From Candidatus Bathyarchaeia archaeon (GTDB lineage: Archaea; Thermoproteota; CALKCG01; B24; JAGTQN01): a stretch of DNA of 64,000 nt. A model generated the notes under the pieces. That model saw only the letters and a program-made list of their open reading frames with translations. It was not told where the DNA came from and made no database searches. Below are positions 21,350-31,499 of the stretch, piece after piece (within the stretch, counting starts at the first letter, position 1; every line of letters starts with the position of its first letter). Made by a program: the position numbers and the translations under genes. The stretch lies in NCBI GenBank assembly GCA_038850515.1, contig JAWCLV010000001.1:7155-71154 (forward strand), read 5' to 3'.

Positions 21350-23376
21350 AGGGATGGAAGGCGAAGGCTATGTTTAGGAGAATCTTCGATACGATAGGAC
21401 CCTATGTATCTGGAACGAACGCCCTAGACTTGATCGCCCACATCCATGACTACGATCGATGGTCTTCCTTTGATAGGCATCATGAGGCTGCCCTCTATTG
21501 CCTCCGTAAATTGGAGGAGTATGGCCTTGAAGGCGAGATCTTCGAGCTCCCTGCGGATGGTGAAAAGCTTTATGGAGACTGGGTCATGCCGAGGGCTTGG
21601 AAGGCCAAATCGGCGAAGCTGACGCTTCTATTGGAATCTAAGGGCGAAGGCGATGGTGAGGGTGAAGTAAAGCTTTGCGACTATAACGAGGATCCATGTT
21701 CCCTCGTTATATACAGTAAGCCCACACCTCCTGAGGGCGTTACGGCTGAGCTTGTTATGGTTGATGGAGGCTCCAAAGCCCAAGATTATGAGGGCTTGGA
21801 AGTCGAGGGAAAGGTCGTCTTCACAAGGGATTCGGCTAGGGCTTCCCGCCTTGAGGCTTTGAGGCATGGCGCCCTTGGCGTCGTATCGGATTATCTTCCC
21901 ATCATCGATTACTACCGTCCGCCCATGGAACTACCCGACTGCCGCTACTGGGATAGGTTCAGCTCAGACTTTGGAGGCTGGGGCATGAAGAAGGGAGACC
22001 CCGAGTTCTGGGGCTTCGTCCTAACGCCTAGGCAAGGACATTGGCTTAGGGAACTCATGCGCGAGGGAAGGAAGCTTCAAGTCCATGCGGAGATCGATGC
22101 CTCCTTCTATGACGGCTCGATCGATGTAGTAACAGGATGGATCAAAGGCGAAACCGATGAGGAGGTCCTGATAAATGGGCACTTGTACGAGGTCGGCGCC
22201 ATAGACGATGCGAGCGGTTGCGGTCTAGCAATAGAGGTTTTGAGGTGTCTGAACTCCCTCATCAGATCCGGAAGGCTCAAGAAGCCTAGGCGAGGAATAA
22301 GGATGCTCTTCACTTATGAGTGTATGGGGACTATGGGAGCCCTTTTGGAGAAGCCTGAGCTTCTTCAACGAACCATCGCGGCCATAACCCTGGACTGCGT
22401 AGGAGGGAAGGAAGCCCTATGCCGGGCCTTCTTAGGCCTCTCGAGGAATCCCCATGCCCAAAGCTCCTATACGGATACCCTCCTAAGGCTCATCCTTGAG
22501 CATTCAACCCGGGCGGATAAGATGCTGGTTAATTGGCGCGAGGTCCCCTTCCTGAAGGCCGATAATATGATCGCAGATCCATCCATAGGGATTCCATGTC
22601 CCCTTCTAATCGAGTATCCCTATACCTTCTACCATTCCTCCATGGATACACCCGACAAGATCGATCCTAGAAGGCTCGCCTGGATAGGTCGTGCTGTCGC
22701 AACATACGCATACTTTATCGCCAATGCTGGAGAGGTCGAAGCCCAATGGCTCGTTTCCGAAGTTCTCAACGAGGCCCAAAGGGCCATGCTCGATGAAATG
22801 GGGGGCTTCCTAACTCCTTTTTACGAAACGTATAGCAAGGAGAAGGAGCGAGGCGAAGCGAAGGCCTTGGAAAGGCTCTGGCGAAGGCTAAACTACCTGC
22901 AAACCCGCTATGGAATCGCCATCGAATCCGTAGCTCGCCTTTCTGGAGGCGAAGGCCTTCGAAAAAGGATTGAAGAGGCTAAGGAAGATCTAAGAGCCTA
23001 TGCTTCCATGAGCCTCAAAAGGGCAAGCAGGGAGCTTGGACTTCAGCCAAGGAAGCCTAGAAAAAGGCGATGGATGGATATGGATGGATACAAGCGCGAG
23101 GCATCCCGACTTGTGCCAAAACGTCTCGTACTAGAGTCTTGCCAAATGACCCGGATACCAGCCGAGGAGCGAAAAGAATGGCAGAGGAAATGCCATGAAT
23201 GGGGATTGAAGGGATCCGTTATCCAATCGGCTCAAATGTGGTGCGATGGAGTCCGCTCTGTGGCTGAGATAGAGGAACTTGTGGAGGGTGAAACGGGCGA
23301 ATCCAACATACGCCTTCTTGATTACTTTAAGGAGATGGAGCGCTACGGATACATAAAATGCGAGAAAAGGCGTTAA
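21346..23376 (+). CDS. DUF4910-like M28-fold aminopeptidase with PA domain and C-terminal winged-helix-like tail
   Basis: GHLYE, GAIDDASG, LDCVG, YHSSMDTPDKID motifs. Start is ATG 21346 (ATGA overlap with the GNAT stop) or 21370. Confidence 0.75.
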   Translation: MKGWKAKAMFRRIFDTIGPYVSGTNALDLIAHIHDYDRWSSFDRHHEAALYCLRKLEEYGLEGEIFELPADGEKLYGDWVMPRAWKAKSAKLTLLLESKGEGDGEGEVKLCDYNEDPCSLVIYSKPTPPEGVTAELVMVDGGSKAQDYEGLEVEGKVVFTRDSARASRLEALRHGALGVVSDYLPIIDYYRPPMELPDCRYWDRFSSDFGGWGMKKGDPEFWGFVLTPRQGHWLRELMREGRKLQVHAEIDASFYDGSIDVVTGWIKGETDEEVLINGHLYEVGAIDDASGCGLAIEVLRCLNSLIRSGRLKKPRRGIRMLFTYECMGTMGALLEKPELLQRTIAAITLDCVGGKEALCRAFLGLSRNPHAQSSYTDTLLRLILEHSTRADKMLVNWREVPFLKADNMIADPSIGIPCPLLIEYPYTFYHSSMDTPDKIDPRRLAWIGRAVATYAYFIANAGEVEAQWLVSEVLNEAQRAMLDEMGGFLTPFYETYSKEKERGEAKALERLWRRLNYLQTRYGIAIESVARLSGGEGLRKRIEEAKEDLRAYASMSLKRASRELGLQPRKPRKRRWMDMDGYKREASRLVPKRLVLESCQMTRIPAEERKEWQRKCHEWGLKGSVIQSAQMWCDGVRSVAEIEELVEGETGESNIRLLDYFKEMERYGYIKCEKRR

Positions 23377-23461
23377 AGGGACCCTAAGCTTTCGGCTAAT
23401 TATTTCTGTTTTTGAGATGGGTTCGGAGAGGGTTCATTCTCAATCTTAATCTTAATCTTAA

Positions 23462-24199
23462 TCAAGCTCCTCTTGATGGGTCAAGAGAAGAAGTCTCACC
23501 CAAGCCTTTAGGGCTATTTCTTCCATATCCCTTCCCATGAAATCGCTTAATATCCTGCCTCAGGGTTATGGCTAAGATTGCCGAGTTCTCCTCAATCCTC
23601 TGGAGATTTTGGAAACCTAGATAATGGACATAATCCGTCTCAATAGATTCCAAGGTGGTGATGGAGAAGAAGCCCTTCACTAGGTTTGCAAAGTACTTCT
23701 TTAACTCCTCTGAGGAAAGTTTGGGCATAAGCATTTCAAACTCCGATATGAAAAGCCCACCTGGCTTCAGAACCCTATGGACCTCCCTCAAGTATCGCAT
23801 GGCGCCGGCTTTGCCATCGTATCGTAGGATTATGGGACCTAGAACCCATACATCAAGAAGGGCATCAACTTCCGAGTCTCCTATGGGAATCTTCTCCGCG
23901 AGATCGGCGATACGGCATTCGAGCATTCCAGGAGCTATCTTGGCTTCGATGGATTTTTGGGATAGAAGCTCCAAGTTTCGCTCGGAAGCATCTAGGGCTA
24001 TTACACGAAAGCCCTCCTTTAGGAGAAAAAGGGTGTCCCTTCCTTCGCCGCAACCCGCGTCAACGACCGTCAGTCTAGAACGATCTTCCTTCCGAAAGGC
24101 CTTTGCCAGAAATCTGGCTGCCCTTGATGGAGGAATGTCGCCAACGATAGGATAGTAGAATGGAAGGTTTTTCCTATAGATTTCTGCGGATTTTGACAT
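23462..24199 (-). CDS. Class I SAM-dependent methyltransferase
   Basis: VVDAGCGEGRD motif I; EVHRVLKPGG. Confidence 0.85.
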   Translation of the reverse strand: MSKSAEIYRKNLPFYYPIVGDIPPSRAARFLAKAFRKEDRSRLTVVDAGCGEGRDTLFLLKEGFRVIALDASERNLELLSQKSIEAKIAPGMLECRIADLAEKIPIGDSEVDALLDVWVLGPIILRYDGKAGAMRYLREVHRVLKPGGLFISEFEMLMPKLSSEELKKYFANLVKGFFSITTLESIETDYVHYLGFQNLQRIEENSAILAITLRQDIKRFHGKGYGRNSPKGLGETSSLDPSRGA

Positions 24200-24242
24200 A
24201 CGCCTATCTATCTATGCCTTAGCCATTTCCGTATCTAAGGAG

Positions 24243-25163
24243 CTAAAGGGCTCCCAGAACAAGGGCGAGGAGGGCCATCCTCGTCAGAAGCCCATAGTAG
24301 ACCTGTTTGAAATACCTAGCCTGGGGCATGAGGTCCACCTCCGGTGCCACTTCATCCACCTTGGGAAGGGGATGCATGATGATGGCGTTTGGCTTCATTT
24401 TCCTCGCGGTTTCTGCCGTGATCTTGTAGTATCCCTTCAGCTTCGCATATTCGGCTGGATCCGCAAACCTTTCCTTCTGGATCCTCGTAACATAGAGGAC
24501 ATCGATATCTTTTATGATCGGTTCAAGGCTTTCGAATTCCTGAACCTCTATTCGTTGCCTAGCAAGCTCGACAAACTCCCTTCGCATGCGAAGGGCCTCT
24601 GGAGAAACCAAGTAGAGTTTTACGTCATAGAGGGATAGGGCACTGGCAAGGCTGTGAACGGTCCTTCCATATCTAAGGTCCCCTAGAAGGGCTACCTTCA
24701 AGCCATCGATGCTCCCCATCTCCCGCATCATCGTGTAAAGGTCTAGCATAGCTTGGGTTGGATGCTCCTCGGCTCCAGATCCTGCGTTTATGATAGGTAC
24801 ATCGGCCACCTCGGCAGCCAAACGGGCTGAGCCTTCTAAGGGATGCCTTAAAACTATCACATCGGCATAGTTTTGGACAACCCTTATCGTATCAGTGAGA
24901 TTTTCCCCCTTTTCTATGGAACTGGACCTTGGCTCAGACATGTCCAAGACGAAGCCTCCAAGCCTCTGGACGGCCGCCTGAAAGCTCAGCCTCGTCCTCG
25001 TGCTGGGCTCGAAGAAAAGTATGGCACAGGTTTTCCCCTTTATAAGGTCGGGCTTTCTTTTGGCTAGATCCTCGATTCCATCCGTCGTTTTAAGAATATA
25101 GTCAAGCTCCTGGCGACTGAAATCGGCGATGGATACGATGTCTCTGCCCCTGAACTCCGTCAA
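24243..25163 (-). CDS. pyrB: Aspartate carbamoyltransferase catalytic subunit
   Basis: FFEPSTRTRLSF, HPTQAMLD, GDLRYGRTVHSL, TRIQKERF, MHPLP. Confidence 0.97.
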   Translation of the reverse strand: MTEFRGRDIVSIADFSRQELDYILKTTDGIEDLAKRKPDLIKGKTCAILFFEPSTRTRLSFQAAVQRLGGFVLDMSEPRSSSIEKGENLTDTIRVVQNYADVIVLRHPLEGSARLAAEVADVPIINAGSGAEEHPTQAMLDLYTMMREMGSIDGLKVALLGDLRYGRTVHSLASALSLYDVKLYLVSPEALRMRREFVELARQRIEVQEFESLEPIIKDIDVLYVTRIQKERFADPAEYAKLKGYYKITAETARKMKPNAIIMHPLPKVDEVAPEVDLMPQARYFKQVYYGLLTRMALLALVLGAL

Positions 25164-25396
25164 AACTATGCCCTGATAGAGTTTTTAGGAAGGTCCATTA
25201 AAGTTTTTCACAGGCTTCTATTCCTATCCCACCATATCCCATCCATCATCATATCCTTGATTAGGAATTCATTTGTTAGGATGTGATGGATTCGATCCTC
25301 TGCCATCGCCCATTAAGAGCCCTAAGAAAGCGCCAAGGCTTCCTTACTAAGGACGCTATTATTTAAGTTCCCATTATTCTGTAATGGAGAAGGGCT

Positions 25397-26521
25397 TTGA
25401 AAATCGTACGCATTGAACCCGTCTTTGTGGATAGATGGCTCATTGTAAAAGTTGAGACGGATGAAGGGATAGTAGGCTATGGGGAATCAACCCTATGGGC
25501 ACACCTAGAAACCGTCGAGGTTGCCGTTCGAAAGCTCGGATCCTTCCTCATAGGCAAGGAACCTTTTCGTATAGAACATCATTCGCAGCTTCCCTTCAGA
25601 AGATTCCATTTTAGAGGAGGGGTCCTGAACTCAGCCATGGCTGCCATCGATATAGCCCTTTGGGATATTCTAGGCAAGTCCGCCAATTTACCCATCTATC
25701 AACTCCTCGGGGGAAAATACAGGGAGAAGTGTAGAACCTTCTTGACGATAGGTGGTAGCACCCCGGAGGAGGCGGCCGAAGAGGCATCGAAAGCCGTTAA
25801 GAAGGGATTCACGGTGCTTCGGATATGGCCCTTTGATCCTAAAGGACCAAGGATCATCAGTAGCCTTGAGATTTCCCAGGCAGTCGATAGGGTGCGGGCT
25901 GTCAGGGAAGCCGTAGGGGATGGAATTGATCTTGGAGTTGAGATCCATAGACGTTTTACGCCGATCCAAGCTGTCACCTTCGCTAGGGAAATAGAAAGGT
26001 ATCGAATCCTTTTCATAGAAGATCCTATAGCCCCTGAAAGTATGGAGGCTATGCTTTACGTTGCCAGAAAGACGAGCATTCCCATAGCCGCCGGGGAGAG
26101 ATGCTTCGATCTTTATGGGTTTAAGGAGCTCATCGATCGAGGCATAGTGGGCTTTATACGCCCGGACTTCACAGTTGCTGGAGGTATCACGGAAGGGCGA
26201 AAGATAGCCACCATTGCCGAAGCTTCGAATGTGGGGGTTATGCCCCATCTCATGTCAAGCCCTATAGGTACTGCCGCCTTCCTCCATCTCGATGCTTCAA
26301 TACCGAACTATGTCTTCCAAGAGCATATGTGGGAAGGAGAAGGGATAAGGCGAGAAATTACGAAGCCAGCCTTGAAGGATGAGCCAGGATATGCCTACGT
26401 ACCAGAGGGTCCGGGGTTAGGCATCGAGTTAGATGAGGATGCCATCGCGAAGCATCCTTACAGGAGCCAAGGAGCCCTTCAAGGGATATACTACGAGGAT
26501 GGTTCCCTAGCAGACTTCTAG
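25397..26521 (+). CDS. Mandelate racemase/enolase superfamily dehydratase (galactonate dehydratase-like)
   Basis: VETDEGIVGYGE, AAIDIALWDILGK, EIH, FIEDP, AAGER, PEGPGLGIELDE. Confidence 0.85.
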   Translation: MKIVRIEPVFVDRWLIVKVETDEGIVGYGESTLWAHLETVEVAVRKLGSFLIGKEPFRIEHHSQLPFRRFHFRGGVLNSAMAAIDIALWDILGKSANLPIYQLLGGKYREKCRTFLTIGGSTPEEAAEEASKAVKKGFTVLRIWPFDPKGPRIISSLEISQAVDRVRAVREAVGDGIDLGVEIHRRFTPIQAVTFAREIERYRILFIEDPIAPESMEAMLYVARKTSIPIAAGERCFDLYGFKELIDRGIVGFIRPDFTVAGGITEGRKIATIAEASNVGVMPHLMSSPIGTAAFLHLDASIPNYVFQEHMWEGEGIRREITKPALKDEPGYAYVPEGPGLGIELDEDAIAKHPYRSQGALQGIYYEDGSLADF

Positions 26522-26628
26522 TCCTACAAAATGAAAAACCAGAGTGGAGTGAGGCAAAGGAAGTTTTACTTTTATGTTATGGATGGAACTTTACGGTTAC
26601 GGATGAAGGTTTCTTGGGAGGTTTTGGT

Positions 26629-27588
26629 TTGAAGGCTGCCATCATCTACGGACCTAGGGACCTGAGGGTTGAGGAAGTAGAAGTTCCAGCCATAGGCCCC
26701 GAGGATGTCCTTGTACGCGTGAAAGCCTGTGGTATCTGCGGCTCTGATGTCCATAGGTATCTTGGAACTCGCTACGGACAGCGTTTCACCTATCCCCTTA
26801 ACTCGGGGCATGAATACTGTGGAGATGTAGCCAAGGTTGGAGCGAATGTAAGGAATTTCAAGGTTGGTGATAGGGTCACTTTGGGGGTTGACTGGTTCGG
26901 AAGTGGGAGCCTAGGAGCCTTTTCCGAGTACATCCGAGTCCCTCAGGCTGATAGAAGGCTTCACAAGGTTCCGGAAGATATTAGCTATGAAGAGGGAGCC
27001 ATCATAGAACCCCTCCTAGTAGCCTTGAACGGTTTCTCCAGGGCTAAGCCCCGAGAAAATGAAGAAGTCCTCATCCTCGGGGCGGGACCGATAGGGCTTT
27101 GCCTTCTTCAAAGATGCCTTTGTGAGGGGATTAGTAAAGTCATCGTAAGTGAGGTCTCGCCTAGGAGGCTGGAGTTGGCCAGGCGTTTCGGAGCCATTAC
27201 CGTAGACGCCAAGATGGAGAACCTAGAGGAGCGCGTTTTATCCATGACAGGGATGAAAGGAGTCGATGTAACCTTCGAATGCGCTGGTACCCCAGCCACC
27301 ATTAAGCAGGCCCTTTCCCTCACAAAGCCGGCGGGTAGGTTATGCCTTATTGCCCACTATGCCCAAAGTGCGGAGATAGATCCAGAGGCGATTATAGGCA
27401 AAACCCTGACTATTCATGGGATTGGTGGTGGCGATGCCCTTTTCGAGGAGGCCGTAAGCCTCATCGTCCAAGGGAAGATTGAATTAAAGCCGTTGATATC
27501 CCATGAGTTCCCCTTACAAAGGGCAAAGGAAGCCTTTGAAGCGGCTTCTAAGGCCGATACTTCCGTGAAAGTTATTATAAAGCCCTAA
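26629..27588 (+). CDS. Zinc-dependent medium-chain dehydrogenase (sorbitol/threonine dehydrogenase-like)
   Basis: CGICGSD, GHE, GAGPIG. TTG 26629 follows GGGAGG (track start 26614). Confidence 0.88.
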   Translation: MKAAIIYGPRDLRVEEVEVPAIGPEDVLVRVKACGICGSDVHRYLGTRYGQRFTYPLNSGHEYCGDVAKVGANVRNFKVGDRVTLGVDWFGSGSLGAFSEYIRVPQADRRLHKVPEDISYEEGAIIEPLLVALNGFSRAKPRENEEVLILGAGPIGLCLLQRCLCEGISKVIVSEVSPRRLELARRFGAITVDAKMENLEERVLSMTGMKGVDVTFECAGTPATIKQALSLTKPAGRLCLIAHYAQSAEIDPEAIIGKTLTIHGIGGGDALFEEAVSLIVQGKIELKPLISHEFPLQRAKEAFEAASKADTSVKVIIKP

Positions 27589-27658
27589 AACTCGAATCGG
27601 AAACCTCAGGGGCTTCGCTATAGGCTTTTTCTCGATTTCAAGCCCGATCCTCCCATCG

Positions 27659-28828
27659 TTAGATGGATTTTAGCCTTTCCATAGAAGCTAAGCCTAGAAG
27701 ATGGAGGTTTCCTACATGGACGCGTTCCAAATGCTTCTCGGCAGCCTGAAGGCATTCCTTCACCTGTTCGATGGGTGTGATGGGAAGGTCCCTCATGGCA
27801 AAGTTTGGATGGAAGACAAGGAGGCTGTAGGGGATTTTTCGATCCAATGAGGCTATAAACCTAGCTATTCCATCGATCTCTAAGGCATCCACATAGCCCG
27901 GAACGAGGAGCGTTGTAGCCGTCAAAACCGGAAGGTCTTGACGCTTTTTGTAGAATCTTTCATAAACCATCCTGAAGTTTTCGAAGGCTCTGGAATTGGG
28001 CACTCCGCTTAGGGCGATGCTCAGGCTTGGTGTGAAGGCCTTTAGATCAAACTTTAGGTTTCCGCCGGTTTCTAGGGCTAGCTCAGCCGCTCGCTCTACA
28101 AGGCTTGGATTACCACAACCATTCCACTCGAAGCATATTCTGAGAATTCTTTGACCCTTCAGGGCTTCAAGGACTTTTTCCGAGGCCTTAAGGGCGAAGG
28201 GAAGTTGGGGCTCAGGCGAGCCACCAAAGAAGCACCAGCAGGAAATCCTTTCGTTAAGAACGGTTGTCCTCACAAGCTCTTCAGCCGTTACTAAGGAGGC
28301 TTCCCCCAAGGCTTTATGGGATGCATTCTGGCAGAAGAGACAATCAAAGTTGCAAGCGTAGAAGAAGATCGCTAGGTTATAGTAGCCGATCTCAGGACCG
28401 GGTCTATAGGCAAATTTTGGAAAGCCGGCCCCCGTTCCGGCTGGACAGAAGTAGGCGCTACAGCAGTTTGTTACCTGGGGATCCAAGTAATAATGGAGAA
28501 GGGCCGCGTCAGCCTTCGCCTTCGATACTAGTCGTCCACCGAGGTTATGCCTAAGGCCGCAATATCCGACTTCGCCAGCTCCAATAAGGCATTCGTTAGA
28601 ACATAGGTTGCAGGGAATGCCTCCATGAGTCTTAGGGGGCTTGGGAGGGAGCCCCCATGGATTACGGACCTTCTCATGGGCTTTGAGGACGATGGGAAGG
28701 GCTTCCTCAGGATGCCTTCTCAGGCAATCTAAGCAGACGCCCAAGGCTGAAGAAACCTGTTTGGGCTTAGCCTCTCCACATAGGAGGCAGGCCGTAGGCT
28801 TCTGACGGCTGGGAAAGAGGTAAATCAA
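27659..28828 (-). CDS. Radical SAM protein (AmmeMemoRadiSam/PFL-activase-like) with N-terminal Cys clusters
   Basis: CNFDCLFC CxxxCxxC motif, FFGGSPEP, KFDLKAF, TLLVPGY; extra CxxC motifs at the N-terminus. Confidence 0.85.
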   Translation of the reverse strand: MIYLFPSRQKPTACLLCGEAKPKQVSSALGVCLDCLRRHPEEALPIVLKAHEKVRNPWGLPPKPPKTHGGIPCNLCSNECLIGAGEVGYCGLRHNLGGRLVSKAKADAALLHYYLDPQVTNCCSAYFCPAGTGAGFPKFAYRPGPEIGYYNLAIFFYACNFDCLFCQNASHKALGEASLVTAEELVRTTVLNERISCWCFFGGSPEPQLPFALKASEKVLEALKGQRILRICFEWNGCGNPSLVERAAELALETGGNLKFDLKAFTPSLSIALSGVPNSRAFENFRMVYERFYKKRQDLPVLTATTLLVPGYVDALEIDGIARFIASLDRKIPYSLLVFHPNFAMRDLPITPIEQVKECLQAAEKHLERVHVGNLHLLGLASMERLKSI

Positions 28829-28966
28829 GGACCAACCTATTTTCTTCTAGGGGCTCCTTTTAAACCTCAAATGTAGTAAAGATAATTTGATTTAGAAAAT
28901 CCATTCCCAAGATGAGGTAAGGTAAGAAAAGAAAATAAAAAATAATAAGAGAATCGTGGTCCATCC

Positions 28967-30517
28967 TTGCCAACCAATACGGCCACCGAGTCCCATCAGG
29001 ATAGGCTTAAAAGGGCCGTCATATCTGCCCTTAAGCTTGGCTATCAGATCGACCAAGAGGGCTTTGAGTTCCTATCTAGACTTCCACCAGATGTAGACTT
29101 GGATGAGGTTGTCAAGGAAGCCACCAAGGTGGTAGCGACATCGCCAGAGGAGCGTTCCCTTTGGCTTTCAAAAAATCTGCTGGAGGAAGCCTTTAGCATT
29201 TTACGGCCAAAGCAACAAGCCGGCATCGTGGGCTTAGAAGGCGTTGCCAAAGCCCCAAGGATTCCAGCCGCCGAGGTGGAAACGAAGCTCGAGGTTCTTT
29301 TTGATCCTACAGAACTTATGGAGGCCAAGGCATCCTTTGAGGATTTCATCGAATACTTCAGGGATCGATTCAGGCGTCTAGAGAAGATTCTTAGGCAGAG
29401 AATCGATGCCCGAGATGCTGTATCGATACATCAAGCCCTTAAGATGCCTATGGCTAAGGGCGTGAAGGTAATAGGCCTTGTAACCGATAAGCGGACAAGG
29501 GGTGGGATTACCCGCCTAGAGATCGAGGACCTAGAGGCCAGCCTAACGGTCATCGTTCCCCATAATGCAGAGCGCTCCTTGGTTGAGAGAGCCCAGAGGA
29601 TCTTTCTTGATCAAGTAATATGCGTTGTGGGTTCCATGGTAGGGGAGGGAAGAATGGTAGCATCTGAAATACTTTGGCCGGAGGTCCCGGATCACCCCCA
29701 GCGAAAGGCCGAGGACGAGGTTTCGGTGGTCATGACATCAGACCTCCATGTAGGAAGCACCAAATTCATAGGAAGGAGCCTAAATCGTTTCATCCGATGG
29801 CTGAAGGGGGAGCTGGGTACACCATGGGAAAGGGATCTGGCTAGAACCGTGAAATACCTAATCATAGCTGGGGATCTCGTCGATGGCATTGGTATCTATC
29901 CTGAGCAAGAAAAGGAGCTAAACATATCGGATGTCTACGAACAGTATAGGCTTGTGGCTTCCTACCTTCAGCAGATCCCTGAACATGTAGAGATCGTCGC
30001 CATACCAGGAAATCATGATGCCTCTAGACGGTCCCTTCCCCAACCAGCGATTCTTAAGAAGTATGCTGAACCCCTCCTCGGATTAAGGAATCTTCACCTC
30101 CTAGGAAACCCAGCCCGAATAAGGGTTCACGGCCTTGAGTTCCTCCTTTACCATGGAAATAGCCTTCCTGATGTTGTGGCCTCGGCTCCCAATATGTCCT
30201 TCAGCGAACCCCATGAAGCCATGGAGCTTCTTCTGAGGGCTAGGCACCTGTCCCCAATTTATGGAGAGAGGACGCCCATAACCCCCCAAAAAAGGGATTA
30301 TTTGGTCATAGAAGAGCCTCCCGATGTCTTTCAAGCAGGACATGTTCATGTTTACAAGTATAAGACCTATAGGGGAACCTTAATAGTGAATTCTGGCACG
30401 TGGCAAGGGCAGACCGAATATCTTAAGAAGAACGGGATTGATCCGACCCCTGCTCAAGTCCCAATCCTCAACCTATCAACCATGGAAGTTGTATCCTTGG
30501 ACTTCGGAAGTCCTTGA
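28967..30517 (+). CDS. polB: DNA polymerase D small subunit (DP1)
   Basis: SDLHVGS, AGDLVDGIGIYP, PGNHD, YHG, RHLSP, GHVH, NSGTWQGQT; OB fold in the N-terminal part. Confidence 0.95.
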   Translation: MPTNTATESHQDRLKRAVISALKLGYQIDQEGFEFLSRLPPDVDLDEVVKEATKVVATSPEERSLWLSKNLLEEAFSILRPKQQAGIVGLEGVAKAPRIPAAEVETKLEVLFDPTELMEAKASFEDFIEYFRDRFRRLEKILRQRIDARDAVSIHQALKMPMAKGVKVIGLVTDKRTRGGITRLEIEDLEASLTVIVPHNAERSLVERAQRIFLDQVICVVGSMVGEGRMVASEILWPEVPDHPQRKAEDEVSVVMTSDLHVGSTKFIGRSLNRFIRWLKGELGTPWERDLARTVKYLIIAGDLVDGIGIYPEQEKELNISDVYEQYRLVASYLQQIPEHVEIVAIPGNHDASRRSLPQPAILKKYAEPLLGLRNLHLLGNPARIRVHGLEFLLYHGNSLPDVVASAPNMSFSEPHEAMELLLRARHLSPIYGERTPITPQKRDYLVIEEPPDVFQAGHVHVYKYKTYRGTLIVNSGTWQGQTEYLKKNGIDPTPAQVPILNLSTMEVVSLDFGSP

Positions 30518-30602
30518 AGCGTATTTTATTTCTTATGATATTTTTATCAAGGGTAGCGTTTATGCTATTAAGAATTCTTTATACAGAAAGGGAGGGATTT
30601 GA

Positions 30603-31499
30603 GTGAAAGTGAAGCGGGTTGGTTTCATAGGCTTAGGAGTCATGGGAATGCCCATGGCTACGAATATTTTGAAGGCAGGATATCCCCTAACCGTTTGGAA
30701 TAGGACTAGGGAGAAGATGCGAGGTCTCGTCAGCATGGGAGCATTGCCTGGGGAATCTCCAAAGGATGTTGCCGAAAAGTCAGATGTTGTGATAACCATG
30801 GTGGCGGATTCCCCGGATGTGGAGCAAGTTATCCTAGGACCTCAAGGGGTGATAGAAGGAGCCCATCCAGGGCTCATCGTCGTTGACATGAGCACAATAT
30901 CCCCTAGCGTAACCAGAAGGATAGCCAAGGAGCTTGAGAAGAAGGGCATAAGGATGCTGGATGCTCCTGTAAGTGGAGGAGATGTGGGGGCGAAACAAGG
31001 GACCCTTTCCATCATGGTTGGGGGACCTGAGGATGCCTTCAAAGAATGCCTCCCAATTTTCGAGGTCTTGGGGAAGAGAATTACCTATATGGGACCAAGC
31101 GGTTCGGGCCAGATAACAAAGCTATGCAACCAAGTTATATGCGCCCTAAACATCCAAGCAGTATGCGAGGGACTTATGCTCGCGGCCAAGGCTGGACTTG
31201 ATCTCGAAAAAATGCTGAATGTGGTAACGGGAGGGGCTGCCTCATCTTGGATGCTTTCTAATTTGGCTCCAAAAATGATCAAGAGAGATTTCGAGCCTGG
31301 CTTTAAAATAAGCCATCAATTGAAGGATCTACGCCATGCCCTTTCCTTAGCTGAAGATTTGAAGATACCCCTTCCAGGAACGGCTTTAGTCAGCCAATTG
31401 TTCAGAATAGTCGAGGCCTTAGGCATGGGAGATAGGGGAACTTCAGCCGCCATTGTAGGAATGGAAAGGATTTCGGGTTTTGAGATAGAAGCCTCATAG
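30603..31499 (+). CDS. 2-hydroxy-3-oxopropionate reductase / 3-hydroxyisobutyrate dehydrogenase family
   Basis: GFIGLGVMGMPMA, MLDAPVSGG, GTLSIMVGG, KLCNQ, FEPGF. Confidence 0.9.
   Translation: MKVKRVGFIGLGVMGMPMATNILKAGYPLTVWNRTREKMRGLVSMGALPGESPKDVAEKSDVVITMVADSPDVEQVILGPQGVIEGAHPGLIVVDMSTISPSVTRRIAKELEKKGIRMLDAPVSGGDVGAKQGTLSIMVGGPEDAFKECLPIFEVLGKRITYMGPSGSGQITKLCNQVICALNIQAVCEGLMLAAKAGLDLEKMLNVVTGGAASSWMLSNLAPKMIKRDFEPGFKISHQLKDLRHALSLAEDLKIPLPGTALVSQLFRIVEALGMGDRGTSAAIVGMERISGFEIEAS

Noticed and set aside
23441..23463. (AATCTT)n tandem repeat between convergent genes
   Set aside because: Short simple repeat in a terminator region with no evidence of function.
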